Source: Clostridiaceae bacterium
GTDB lineage: Bacteria > Bacillota > Clostridia > TANB77 > CAG-508
Length of the DNA: 64,000 bases
Reading direction: 5' to 3'
NCBI GenBank assembly: GCA_012513065.1
Contig: JAAZCX010000012.1
Span: 31,938-95,937 of the forward strand
Shown here: piece by piece, positions 18,787 through 30,196 of the stretch
Position numbering within the stretch: the first letter of the stretch is position 1
How the letters are laid out: every line of letters begins with the position of its first letter
Notes under the pieces: generated by a model
What the model saw: only the letters and a program-made list of their open reading frames with translations
What the model was told of the DNA's origin: nothing
The model's database searches: none
Made by a program: the position numbers and the translations under genes

Positions 18787-20148
18787 CTATTTTAACATTA
18801 AGTTTGATATACTTAAATTATATAATACACTTATTAAAATACCCCAAACTAGTACTGGTCCAAATGTTATATTAAAAAATGTAAATACAATTGATATAAT
18901 TAAAGCAGGTATACATATTAATGTATATTTTTTTATTACTTTCATAATTTCATTTTCTTTTAACATATTATAAATACTAATATATTGTAATACTACACAA
19001 AGTGCTATTGCTATTAGTGCTTCAATTGAAATTTCTACATTAAAATATCTTAATGCTATTAATACAATTGCTACATATCCTATTAATAATAAACTTCCAT
19101 ATATTCCTTTTTCTTTATATTTTATTATCAAGTATAACATTCCAATTGCTGCTAAAACAATTGCTACAATTATTGCTATTTGTATTTGATTTATTGTAAT
19201 ATCACTTACAATATATTTATTTTGTTCAACTTCATATACTATTGGCATTTTTCCTGAATTCAATAATGAAGCTACATCATTTGCTTGTACTATATATTCT
19301 TTTAATTCTTCTGTTGTTGAATTTCCTGAAGATCCCATTGTTAACTGTAATATTCCATTTGTAATTTCTTTGTCAAAATATGTTGTAAGTATAGTACTAT
19401 CATCTATTTTTAGTGTAACTTGTTTCATATTTTGTTCTTCTTCATTATTTTCATTAGTAACTGTTGTTTTAATATAAGTATTGCTAATATTTCTAAACTT
19501 TTCTGTTCCCTCTTTATTAAATTCAATATTTAAACATACAGCTGTAGTTCCAGTTCCGGTATTTCCATAACCGCTTTTTACTATTTTAATATCTTCATTT
19601 GTAATTAACACTTCTTGTGTATCATTATCTACAATTTCAAATTTTCCTTGTAAATATATATTTCCTACAGCCTTATCTGTGTTATCATTTTCTGGTATTT
19701 CTAAAACTATATTTCCATTATCTTTATTTTGTTTAATTATATAGTTTGATACTTGCATTAAATTTAATCTATTTTCTATTATTTCTTTTGTTCTTTCGAA
19801 ATTATCTTTATTTAATGCTTCATCACTATTTATTTTTTCTTCTACTGTTTTTGCTACTTCTTTAGTTGAGTTTTCTTCAGTTATTTTTATTCCATCTGCA
19901 TCATATGATATAGTTTGTGTTTCTTTATTTGGAACCATTTCAACTTTTCTATATCCTTTAAAATCTTTTCCTAGTAAATATTCTGGTAAAACATTTTCTA
20001 AACTATTTTTATTTTTTATATATATGCCTCCAAAAGATATCATTGATATTAAAATTATTAATGCTATTATTAAAATTATTTTTAATTTTTTATTTTGTTT
20101 CATTTTATTATTTTCCTCCCTTAATCTTTTATAATAATTTTGTTCCAT
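18787..20148 (-). CDS. hypothetical membrane protein, 453 aa (N-terminal TM, large extracytoplasmic domain, C-terminal TM bundle)
   Basis: Hydropathy pattern; no catalytic motif recognised. Confidence 0.4.
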   Translation of the reverse strand: MEQNYYKRLREENNKMKQNKKLKIILIIALIILISMISFGGIYIKNKNSLENVLPEYLLGKDFKGYRKVEMVPNKETQTISYDADGIKITEENSTKEVAKTVEEKINSDEALNKDNFERTKEIIENRLNLMQVSNYIIKQNKDNGNIVLEIPENDNTDKAVGNIYLQGKFEIVDNDTQEVLITNEDIKIVKSGYGNTGTGTTAVCLNIEFNKEGTEKFRNISNTYIKTTVTNENNEEEQNMKQVTLKIDDSTILTTYFDKEITNGILQLTMGSSGNSTTEELKEYIVQANDVASLLNSGKMPIVYEVEQNKYIVSDITINQIQIAIIVAIVLAAIGMLYLIIKYKEKGIYGSLLLIGYVAIVLIALRYFNVEISIEALIAIALCVVLQYISIYNMLKENEIMKVIKKYTLICIPALIISIVFTFFNITFGPVLVWGILISVLYNLSISNLMLK

Positions 20149-20788
20149 TTATAATAAGTTCGAACCAAATATTTAAATATTTAGCTGCATATTTACTCAT
20201 CATTGTTCTATCCATAAATATCTCAAAATAATCAAGTACTGGACATAGTTTTGTATCTATTGTTAAATCTAATGTTGCTTTTCTAGTTTCTTTATCTATT
20301 TTGAAATCTGCATTTGTTACTGCATAATTTACTTTATCATGTTTATCAAATGTAGACATATTAGTATTTACTACCCTATCTCTATGTACATCTGATTTAT
20401 CTGCTAAAATCAAAGCTGCAGATATATCACTTACTGCTGTTCCTGTCTGTTCATCATGATTTCCTATTGCCATCATAATTTCTGTTCTTCTTGTTACATC
20501 CATTTCCATTTCTTTAAGTATTTGATAAGCAAGTATTGCACCCGAATGTGCGTGATCTACTCTATTTACACAATTTCCTATATCATGCATATATCCAGCT
20601 ATCTTAGCAAGTTCAATTCTTTCTTCTGGATATTCCAATACTTCCAATATCTCTCCGGCTCTTTTGGATACTATTGAAATATGTCTTGTAGAATGTTCTG
20701 TATATCCTAATGCATTTAATTGTTTCTGTGAACCAACAATTAACTGTTTTATTTCATCGTTATTTTTAATATTTTCTAATGTTATCAT
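20129..20788 (-). CDS. HD-domain phosphohydrolase
   Basis: H...HD motif (HSTRHISIV ... GYMHDIGN ... DHAHSG). Confidence 0.65.
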   Translation of the reverse strand: MITLENIKNNDEIKQLIVGSQKQLNALGYTEHSTRHISIVSKRAGEILEVLEYPEERIELAKIAGYMHDIGNCVNRVDHAHSGAILAYQILKEMEMDVTRRTEIMMAIGNHDEQTGTAVSDISAALILADKSDVHRDRVVNTNMSTFDKHDKVNYAVTNADFKIDKETRKATLDLTIDTKLCPVLDYFEIFMDRTMMSKYAAKYLNIWFELIINGTKLL

Positions 20789-20913
20789 AAGTTTCCTCCA
20801 CCATCTCTAGTATTGCTTTATTCTATATTAAAACAATAAAAAATTCAACCATTTTTTGTAAATTGATTGAATTTTATATTGTTTTTTATTTAGTTTTTTA
20901 TCGTTTATATTAT

Positions 20914-21300
20914 TTATAAATTTACTCCTATTATTCCTCCTAACATTCCAGCTATAATAGAAGCTATTATCATAATAATAGTACTTAAATTTATAGAAAA
21001 GCCTGCTCCTGCTATACTAGAAATAATGTAAATTGTAAAAATATATATTATTCCTACTAATGCACCATTTAACAAACCATTCTTTTTTATCTTTAGTGTA
21101 CTTATACTACTTCCAACTAAAATGCTTATTGCTGTAATTATTATAATTACTGGATTTATAGTATTTTCTTGTACAGATGTATAAGTTAATATTATAGAAA
21201 AAACAAATAATAATATTAATGTTAATATTATTGATGTTATACTTCCTTTTAAAATTCTAATAGTATTTTGTTTTAATTCGTTTTTATCTAAATTTTCCAT
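20914..21300 (-). CDS. small polytopic membrane protein, 128 aa
   Basis: Three or four TM segments; no motif. Confidence 0.3.
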   Translation of the reverse strand: MENLDKNELKQNTIRILKGSITSIILTLILLFVFSIILTYTSVQENTINPVIIIITAISILVGSSISTLKIKKNGLLNGALVGIIYIFTIYIISSIAGAGFSINLSTIIMIIASIIAGMLGGIIGVNL

Positions 21301-21421
21301 ATTTATATACCTCTCTTTTTTATTTATATCATTTTTATTATTTTATTTTGTTTTTATCAAATATAGAACAAAATAAAAAAGAAAAAGCATTTATACTTTT
21401 TCTTTTTTATTAATGTTATAT

Positions 21422-22801
21422 TTAATTTTCTTTATTTCCATATTTATTTATATAATCGATTACATCATAAGAAGTTTTATCATATATCATTGTATATTCA
21501 TCTCTACCATTATTAGTTATAGAATATACTGTATCTAATGCTGGTGGTACTAATTCTTTTCCTGTAGAATTAATTATTCCATATAATTTTGTTTCTCTTC
21601 CTTGTTCCATCTCGTATTTTTTTCCAAATACTATTGCTTCTATATTTGGAATTACTACAATATTATTAAAGTTTTTATTATTTGCTAGACATCCAATTTG
21701 ATCATATTGTAATGGTACTATAAGTTTTCCTTTTACATCATACATTCCCCATTTATCATTTTGTTTTACAGGAATAGCATTATTAAATAATATGTAAGAA
21801 TTTTTTATATTATTATTTTGAAATTTAGTAGTATCAATTCCTACTTCATCATATTCTAAGTATATTAATATTTTTCCATTTTTCTCAATAACACCTTTTT
21901 TATTATTGTTTGTTGCTAAATATAAATTTAAATCTTTATCTATTTGTTTTAATGCATCATATTGAGGTTTTACCTTTGTTTCTCCTTCTGCTGTTATAAT
22001 TCCAACTTTATTTTCTTCTGTAGTTACAATAAATTCTTTTGTACTTTCGATAAATTCAATATTTGTGTATTTAGTTCCTACAATTTCAGTTCCATCTATT
22101 GTATAAATACCATATCTAATATTTTTATTAATATAATCTTGTTGTTCACTATTTTCTATATTTTGTACTATTAATAAGTTATATAACAAAGCTTTTTGAT
22201 TATTAAAATTATCAAATACAGCTGAATATTTATAAGATTTTGTATAATAATTTGATAAATATGGTAATGTGTTAATTACTATTTTATTCTGTGATTTGTC
22301 ATAAGATACTTGTAAATTACAAGCAATACCTATTCCTTCTGATGAAATATATAATTTATCATTTATCATTTTTATTGGTTCTTCTAAAGTAAAAAATTGA
22401 TAATCTAATTGTTCAAGTGGTGTTTTATATATTTTATTAGAATCTTTTTCAAATGTACAAACTTCATTTTCACCTTCTAGGTAACAACTGTTGTTGTCTT
22501 CCGAATATTGCTTATATCCTCCATTATAATATTTATAATCTATTATTGGAGCTATATCTTTTAATGATACATATGCTGTATTACCTTCAAATATAAACAA
22601 ATCTGATGTTGTTACTTGCATATTTTTACCATCAACTGAAAATTTAAATTGTTGTTGTTGTAAATAATATATTGCAAAATATAATGCTATACTGATTATT
22701 AATAATGTTATAATTGCTATTATTATACCTGTCATAATTTTTTTTGTCTTTTTTTCTTTTTCTTCTTGATTTGTTCCTATAATATTCATAAAAACCCCCA
22801 T
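21422..22801 (-). CDS. membrane-anchored WG-repeat (KWG motif) protein
   Basis: N-terminal TM, then repeated ...KWGMYDVKGKLIVPLQYD..., ...KKGVIEKNGKILIYLEYD..., ...KVGIITAEGETKVKPQYD... units. Confidence 0.45.
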   Translation of the reverse strand: MGVFMNIIGTNQEEKEKKTKKIMTGIIIAIITLLIISIALYFAIYYLQQQQFKFSVDGKNMQVTTSDLFIFEGNTAYVSLKDIAPIIDYKYYNGGYKQYSEDNNSCYLEGENEVCTFEKDSNKIYKTPLEQLDYQFFTLEEPIKMINDKLYISSEGIGIACNLQVSYDKSQNKIVINTLPYLSNYYTKSYKYSAVFDNFNNQKALLYNLLIVQNIENSEQQDYINKNIRYGIYTIDGTEIVGTKYTNIEFIESTKEFIVTTEENKVGIITAEGETKVKPQYDALKQIDKDLNLYLATNNNKKGVIEKNGKILIYLEYDEVGIDTTKFQNNNIKNSYILFNNAIPVKQNDKWGMYDVKGKLIVPLQYDQIGCLANNKNFNNIVVIPNIEAIVFGKKYEMEQGRETKLYGIINSTGKELVPPALDTVYSITNNGRDEYTMIYDKTSYDVIDYINKYGNKEN

Positions 22802-22812
22802 TTTCTTTCGTT

Positions 22813-23958
<1,146 letters not shown>

Positions 23959-24152
23959 TTATTTATTTTTTATTCTTATATAATTATACTAGATTTAACG
24001 AAAAAATCAATTGTTTATTATAATTTTAAGAGGCTGATTCATATATTTTTGTTTTTATTTTTATTTTTATTTTTTATTTTAATATTTTTCGACATATTTT
24101 TTTTATATTTTGTTAATACTATATAAAAAATATAGGAGATTAAATTTGTGTT

Positions 24153-24812
24153 ATGAATCAGATATTAGATAGTAATTTTAATATAGATAAAAACTATTCT
24201 TTTTCAAAATTAAAAAAATTTAAAATAATATTTTGGGTTTTTATTATTATAACAATCTTTTTTATTATTTTTTATTTTTATTTGAAATATAATACATCAC
24301 AGAAAGAAAAAATTTCTAAAAGTTTAGTAGATAATTTTAGTATTACTACTTTATATCCAAATATAAATTCTAGTGATTATATATCTCAAAAAATAGCATA
24401 TAGTGAAAATGATAAAATTGAACCTTTTGTTGTTGGTTTAATAAAAATTGATAAAATAGATTTAATGTATCCAATACTTTCTCATAGTACAGAGGATCTT
24501 TTATCTATTGCACCTTGTCGTTTTTATGGACCATTACCAAACAATGTAGGAAATCTTTGTATAGCTGGGCATAATTATGCGAATAATACATTGTTTGGAA
24601 AATTACATTTAATTACTATAGGTGATGTAGTTGAAATTTATGACTTAGATGGAACTAAATTACTTTATACAATCTACGAGAAGAAAGAAATTAATTCTGA
24701 TGATTTATCTTGTTTAAACCAATCAACAGATGGTTTATGTGAAATAACATTAATTACTTGTAATACAATTAAAGGTAATCGTACAATTATAAAAGCAAAA
24801 GAAAATAGATAA
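24153..24812 (+). CDS. sortase (TLITC active-site family)
   Basis: N-terminal TM, catalytic His in CIAGHN, Cys in EITLITCNT, Arg downstream. Confidence 0.75.
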   Translation: MNQILDSNFNIDKNYSFSKLKKFKIIFWVFIIITIFFIIFYFYLKYNTSQKEKISKSLVDNFSITTLYPNINSSDYISQKIAYSENDKIEPFVVGLIKIDKIDLMYPILSHSTEDLLSIAPCRFYGPLPNNVGNLCIAGHNYANNTLFGKLHLITIGDVVEIYDLDGTKLLYTIYEKKEINSDDLSCLNQSTDGLCEITLITCNTIKGNRTIIKAKENR

Positions 24813-24869
24813 AATATCTATTTTCTTATATTATTTTTATTATTTTTTATTTTCAATTTTTACAAATTA

Positions 24870-25229
24870 TTATACATTATAATCTCTAACTTTTTTATAA
24901 GCATATACTGCTATAACTGCAGATACTATTATTAATCCAAATACTGCATAATCACTTGCATCTCCTGTTTGTGGTAATGTTGTATTTTGATAAGTACTTC
25001 CTGTTGTATTTGTAGTTGTAGTTATATTTGTTGTAGTTGGAGCTACAACATTTGCTGTTGTATTTGTTGTTGTATTTGATGTTGTATTTGATGTTGTTGT
25101 GTTAATTGTTGGTATTTGTATTGGATTATTTGATGTTCCTGTTGCAAATACACTAGTAGATATTGCACAAGTTACAGCTATAATAATTACAATTGCTAAA
25201 ACTTCTTTTTTTACACTTAATTTTTTCAT
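24870..25229 (-). CDS. small LPXTG-type surface protein (sortase substrate) with a Thr/Asn-rich low-complexity stalk
   Basis: Signal peptide, (TTN/TSN) repeats, LPQTG motif, hydrophobic anchor, KKVRDYNV positive tail. Confidence 0.7.
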   Translation of the reverse strand: MKKLSVKKEVLAIVIIIAVTCAISTSVFATGTSNNPIQIPTINTTTSNTTSNTTTNTTANVVAPTTTNITTTTNTTGSTYQNTTLPQTGDASDYAVFGLIIVSAVIAVYAYKKVRDYNV

Positions 25230-25397
25230 AATTTTTATTCTCCTTTTTTCTTCTGAAATTAATATTATTATTTATATTTTCGCCAAAAATATACGTAAAA
25301 TATAAATTCTCTATAAAACTGTTATCATTTTAACCCTTTTTACAATATTAGTCAACATTTTTTTATGTTTTTTATATTACATTTATGTTACAATTTT

Positions 25398-27698
25398 TTA
25401 TTCTGTTCTTAATGCAACCACAGGATCTTTTTTGGCTGCTATTTTTGCTGGTATAAATCCTCCTATTAAAGTTAGTATTATGCTAATAACAATTAGTATA
25501 ATAGCATGAATTGGATTTAATTTTGCAACATTAGCAAGATCTGTTAATTCTTTAATAATAATATTTATAGGGAATATTAATGCATATGTTATTCCTATAG
25601 CTAATACTCCTGAGCACATTCCAATTATAAATGTTTCAGCATTAAATACTCGTGTAATATCTTTTTTTCTAGCTCCTATTGCTCTTAAAATTCCGATTTC
25701 TTTTGTTCTTTCTAAAACAGAAATATATGTTATTATTCCAATCATTATAGACGAAACAACTAATGAGATTGCTGAAAATGCTATTAATACAACTGTTATT
25801 GCATCAATTATTCCGCCTGATAGAGATGTAATTGCTTCTGCATAATCTGTATATACTACTCTATCATCTTCTGATTTTTCTTCATTATATTTATCAAGAT
25901 ATTCAATTATTTTATCTTTTGTATTAAAATCTTTTGGATATACTTGAATTATAATAGAAGTTTTATCATCTCCTAAATATGAAAGTATTGTATCTTTAGT
26001 AGTAATTCCTTCATCTGTTGTATCGAATTTTTCTCCTGTTAAAACATTATAATTTGCATCTATTTGTGCTTTTACAATTTTTGAATTTTTGTTATTTTCT
26101 ATAACATATTGTGCTAGTTTTTCTTTATAACAACATCCTGTTCCACTATATTCTGCAAATGTATTATTTTCTTTTCCTCTTATTATTCCTGTAATTTTTA
26201 ATGTTATTGTTTTTTCATTATTATAAAGTTTTTCATAATCTGTATTAACTATAAAATATTTACCAATCTTCTCATATAATTCATCATTTAATACAATTTT
26301 AAATTCTTTGTTTAATATTTCATCAAATGAAATAGCTTCTTCTTTTTTATATCCTAATATTTCTAATATACTTTTAGATAATCTATTTTGAGTATCTATT
26401 AATAATCCAAGCTCTTCTTTATTTTCTGGCATTTTTCCATATATTAAATCAAAATTATTTTCAATTAGTGGCATTTGTTCTTCATTTATTTTTTCTGGTA
26501 ATGGAAAAAATGCTTTACTTACATCTATCATTTTTACTTTTTCATCAATTTTAGTAAGTACATTTAATTTTGTTGTTCTTTGAAATCCAATTCCTGAAAT
26601 TAAATCTTTATCAATGTTTTTTATATACTCTTCATACTCTTTTGTTATTTTATTTGTATGAACCATATTTGTTATTTCTTCTAATGGATATATTTCTTGT
26701 TTAGTTGTAAATTTATTTTCTTTATTTGTTTCATTCATTGATTTTTGTAGATCTTCTTCAGTTACATTCATTGTTTGCTTTGATATCATAATTGGCATTT
26801 GTGATAAAGTATCTCTTTCAAATTCTTCAATTTGAATATTGAATCCATTTGATAAAGATAAAATAAGTGCTATTCCTATCATACCAATGCTAGATGCAAA
26901 TGCTGTTAAAATAGTTCTTCCTTTTTTAGTTTTTATATTGTTAAAAGAAAGTTTTAAAGCTGAGAAAAATCCCATAGAAGTTTTTATTAATTTATATTTT
27001 TCTTGTTCTCCATCTTCTTTATTTAATGGATTAGAATCTTTTATAACTTTACCATCTCTTATTTCTATAATACGTGTAGAATATTCTTCTGCAAGTTCTG
27101 CATTATGAGTTACCATTATTACTAATTTTTCTTTTGCTATTTCTTTAATTAATTCCATTATTTGAATACTTGTTTTTGAATCAAGTGCTCCAGTTGGTTC
27201 ATCAGCCATTATTATGTCTGGGTTATTAACTAATGCTCTAGCTATTGCCACTCTTTGCATTTGTCCCCCTGATAATTGATTTGGTTTTTTATGCATATGA
27301 TCTTTAAGTCCTACTTGTTCCAAGGCTTTTTTAGCTTTTTCTTTTCTTGTTTTTTTAGATACTCCGCTTAAACGTAATCCCATTTCAACATTATCTAGGA
27401 TAGTAATATGATTAATCAAATTATAATTTTGGAAAATAAATCCTATACTATTATTACGGTATGCATCCCAATCTCTATCTTTATATTTTTTAGTTGATGC
27501 TCCATTAATTATTAAATCTCCTGTATCATATTTGTCTAATCCACCTATAATGTTTAATAGTGTTGATTTACCACTACCACTTGGTCCTAATATAGCAACA
27601 AATTCGTTTTTTCTAAAATCAATAGAAACACCATCTAAGGCTTTTTGTACAAAATCTGCTGTTTTAAAACTTTTACTAATATTTTTAACTTGTAACAT
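25398..27698 (-). CDS. fused ABC transporter ATP-binding/permease protein (MacB/FtsX-like). The start is placed at MLQVKNISKSF.
   Basis: Walker A GPSGSGKST, signature LSGGQMQRVAIARAL, Walker B IIMADEPTGALD, and a C-terminal FtsX-type permease. Confidence 0.8.
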   Translation of the reverse strand: MLQVKNISKSFKTADFVQKALDGVSIDFRKNEFVAILGPSGSGKSTLLNIIGGLDKYDTGDLIINGASTKKYKDRDWDAYRNNSIGFIFQNYNLINHITILDNVEMGLRLSGVSKKTRKEKAKKALEQVGLKDHMHKKPNQLSGGQMQRVAIARALVNNPDIIMADEPTGALDSKTSIQIMELIKEIAKEKLVIMVTHNAELAEEYSTRIIEIRDGKVIKDSNPLNKEDGEQEKYKLIKTSMGFFSALKLSFNNIKTKKGRTILTAFASSIGMIGIALILSLSNGFNIQIEEFERDTLSQMPIMISKQTMNVTEEDLQKSMNETNKENKFTTKQEIYPLEEITNMVHTNKITKEYEEYIKNIDKDLISGIGFQRTTKLNVLTKIDEKVKMIDVSKAFFPLPEKINEEQMPLIENNFDLIYGKMPENKEELGLLIDTQNRLSKSILEILGYKKEEAISFDEILNKEFKIVLNDELYEKIGKYFIVNTDYEKLYNNEKTITLKITGIIRGKENNTFAEYSGTGCCYKEKLAQYVIENNKNSKIVKAQIDANYNVLTGEKFDTTDEGITTKDTILSYLGDDKTSIIIQVYPKDFNTKDKIIEYLDKYNEEKSEDDRVVYTDYAEAITSLSGGIIDAITVVLIAFSAISLVVSSIMIGIITYISVLERTKEIGILRAIGARKKDITRVFNAETFIIGMCSGVLAIGITYALIFPINIIIKELTDLANVAKLNPIHAIILIVISIILTLIGGFIPAKIAAKKDPVVALRTE

Positions 27699-27864
27699 TT
27701 TTTCTCCTTTTTTCTTTTTAATTAACCGTTTTAGTTTATCATTTTTTAATATATTATTCAAGTATTTTTTTTATACATTTTTGCGTTTTTATTTTAACTT
27801 TATATAAATATAACAAAAAAAAAGACTTAACTCTTTTAATTTAGTTAAGTCTTTTAATATTTAA

Positions 27865-28404
27865 TTATTCTTCAGTTTTTGTTGTTTCTTCTGAAACTGG
27901 TTCTTCTTTTACTTCTTCTACTGTTTCTTCTGTTACAGTATCAACTGTTTCTTCAACAACAGGAGTTTCTGTTTCAATTGCAGGAGCTTCTTCTGGAGCT
28001 GCTACTACTACTTCTTCTTCTAAATCTTCTTTAAGTGTAATTTCTTTGTTTTCAATTCTTGCACCTAAATTTTCTTTAGTTTTAGCTGATTTTCCAACTC
28101 TATCTCTTAAGTAATATAATTTTGCTCTTCTAGCTTTACCAACTCTTACTACTTCGATTTTTTCTACCATTGGAGAATGAATTAGAAATGTTTTTTCAAC
28201 TCCTACTCCATAAGCTACTTTTCTTACAGTGAAAGTCGCATTTGATCCTCCACCTTGTTTTTTAATTATAATTCCTTCGAATACTTGAATTCTTTCTCTA
28301 TTTCCTTCTTTTATTTTTTGGTGTACTTTAATTGTATCACCAACATGAAGGTCAGGAATTTTATTTTTTAATTGTTCATGTTCAATTGATTTAATAATAT
28401 CCAT
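27865..28404 (-). CDS. rplS: 50S ribosomal protein L19 with an acidic C-terminal extension of about 60 aa
   Basis: The N-terminal 115 aa are canonical L19 ([26 protein letters not shown]...); the tail is E/T/V-rich. Confidence 0.9.
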   Translation of the reverse strand: MDIIKSIEHEQLKNKIPDLHVGDTIKVHQKIKEGNRERIQVFEGIIIKKQGGGSNATFTVRKVAYGVGVEKTFLIHSPMVEKIEVVRVGKARRAKLYYLRDRVGKSAKTKENLGARIENKEITLKEDLEEEVVVAAPEEAPAIETETPVVEETVDTVTEETVEEVKEEPVSEETTKTEE

Positions 28405-28462
28405 ATTATGATATTCTCCTTTCTTATACTTAAGTGTCGCATCTTATATTTTAGATGGCGCT

Positions 28463-29131
28463 TATTCATTTAATAAATCTGGTCTTTTTTGTTTTGTAAT
28501 TTCTATTGATTTTTCTTGTCTCCATTTGTGAATATTTTCGTGATGACCGTGAAATTAATATTTCAGGTACTTTTTTATCTAAAAATGTTTCAGGTCTTGT
28601 ATATTGTGGATATTCTAATAAGTTATTAGAAAAAGATTCTTCCTGTGTAGATTCTTCATTTAAAACTCCATCTACATATCTGCTAATTGAATCAATTAGT
28701 ACCATACTTGGAAGTTCTCCTCCTGTTAATACATAATCTCCTATTGAAATTTCCTCATCTACAATTTCATCTAAAACTCTTTGATCAATTCCTTCATAAT
28801 GTCCACATAATAAGATAAGATGTTTTTCTTTGGCTAAGTTCACTATTTTTTCTTGGTTTAAAGTTTTTCCTTGTGGAGAAAGATAAATAACTTTTGCATT
28901 ACTTCTTTCTTCTATAGATTTATAAGCATCATATACAACATCTGGTCTAATTATCATTCCTGCTCCTCCACCATATGGAGTATCATCTACTTTTTTGTGT
29001 TTATCTTTTGAAAAATCTCTAATGTTAATTATATTAACTTTGATTTTTTCGTTTTCTTGTGCTCTTCCTAAAATGCTTTCCTTGATTGGTGTAAACATTT
29101 CGGGGAAAAGAGTTAACACATCAAATTGCAT
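28463..29131 (-). CDS. trmD: tRNA (guanine37-N1)-methyltransferase TrmD, frameshifted by an extra nucleotide at plus 28549
   Basis: The ORF ends ...ILISRSSRKYSQME... Deleting the C in tcaCggtca gives ...[32 protein letters not shown], the conserved TrmD C-terminus. Confidence 0.85.
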
Positions 29132-29147
29132 ATTAAAGCTTCCTTTC

Positions 29148-29654
29148 TTATTCTAAACCTTCAATTAAGTGAACTATTACTTTTCCTTTTTCCAAATCAA
29201 TATTCTTTAATACTTCAGGAATACTTGGCAATAATATTTGTTTACCTTTTTCGTCTTTTACAACATATACATCGTTGGCTCCTGTAGGGAAAATATCATC
29301 TACTTTTCCTAAAAGCTGTCCTTGATCTGTATATACTTCTAATCCTAATATATCTGCAATAAAATATGTGTCTTTTGGAAGTTTTTTAGCATCTTTTCTA
29401 TTAATCTTTAAAAATAGACCTTTATACTTTTCTGCTTCTGTCATATCTTCAATCCCTTTTACTTTTAGTAAAACCATTTCTTTATGATATTTAACTTCTT
29501 CAATTTCTACTTTTTTCATTTCATTTTTTTTACAGATATAAACTGTTTTTAATTCTTCAAATCGTTCCAAATCATCAGTAAAAGGTTTTACTTTTAAAAG
29601 TCCTTTTATTCCAAATGTATTAACAATTTGACCTACTTCAAAATATTCTTGCAT
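29148..29654 (-). CDS. rimM: 16S rRNA processing protein RimM
   Basis: 168 aa; conserved position between rpsP/KH and trmD; PRC barrel-like C-terminus. Confidence 0.8.
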   Translation of the reverse strand: MQEYFEVGQIVNTFGIKGLLKVKPFTDDLERFEELKTVYICKKNEMKKVEIEEVKYHKEMVLLKVKGIEDMTEAEKYKGLFLKINRKDAKKLPKDTYFIADILGLEVYTDQGQLLGKVDDIFPTGANDVYVVKDEKGKQILLPSIPEVLKNIDLEKGKVIVHLIEGLE

Positions 29655-29663
29655 ATTTCCCTC

Positions 29664-29894
29664 TTAATCTAAGAATTCAACAATAACTCTTTTATGTTCT
29701 TTTCCTGCTATAGATTTCATTAATGTTCTTATTGATTTAGCAATTCTTCCTTGTTTACCAATTACTTTTCCAATATCAGATTCTTTTACTTTAACTTCAA
29801 ATACTATTGTTTTTCCTTCTTCTTTTTCATTAATAGTAACTTCGTCTTTATTTTCTACAAGGTTTTTAATTAATGTTTCTAGAATTTCTTTCAT
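29664..29894 (-). CDS. KH-domain RNA-binding protein (YlqC-like)
   Basis: 76 aa; VIGKQGRIAKSIRTLM KH motif. Confidence 0.7.
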   Translation of the reverse strand: MKEILETLIKNLVENKDEVTINEKEEGKTIVFEVKVKESDIGKVIGKQGRIAKSIRTLMKSIAGKEHKRVIVEFLD

Positions 29895-29915
29895 ATATAA
29901 AATTCCTCCTAGCTC

Positions 29916-30155
29916 TTAAGCTCTATTTATTAGAGATTTTACAGATTCTGTTGGTTTTGCACCATTTTTTGTCCAAATGTCTAATTTTTCTTTATCTAAA
30001 ACAATTGTTGATGGATTTGTCATTGGATCATATGTTCCAATTTGTTCAATTATTTTTCCATCTCTTGGGCTTCTTGAATCAGCTACTACAATGTGATAGA
30101 ATGGAGCTTTTTTAGCACCTACTCTTTTTAATCTAATTTTTACCATATTTTTCAC
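29916..30155 (-). CDS. rpsP: 30S ribosomal protein S16
   Basis: [31 protein letters not shown]... Confidence 0.9.
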   Translation of the reverse strand: MKNMVKIRLKRVGAKKAPFYHIVVADSRSPRDGKIIEQIGTYDPMTNPSTIVLDKEKLDIWTKNGAKPTESVKSLINRA

Positions 30156-30196
30156 CTCTTTCTAATAATTTATATATATTAATAAAAAATTAATAA

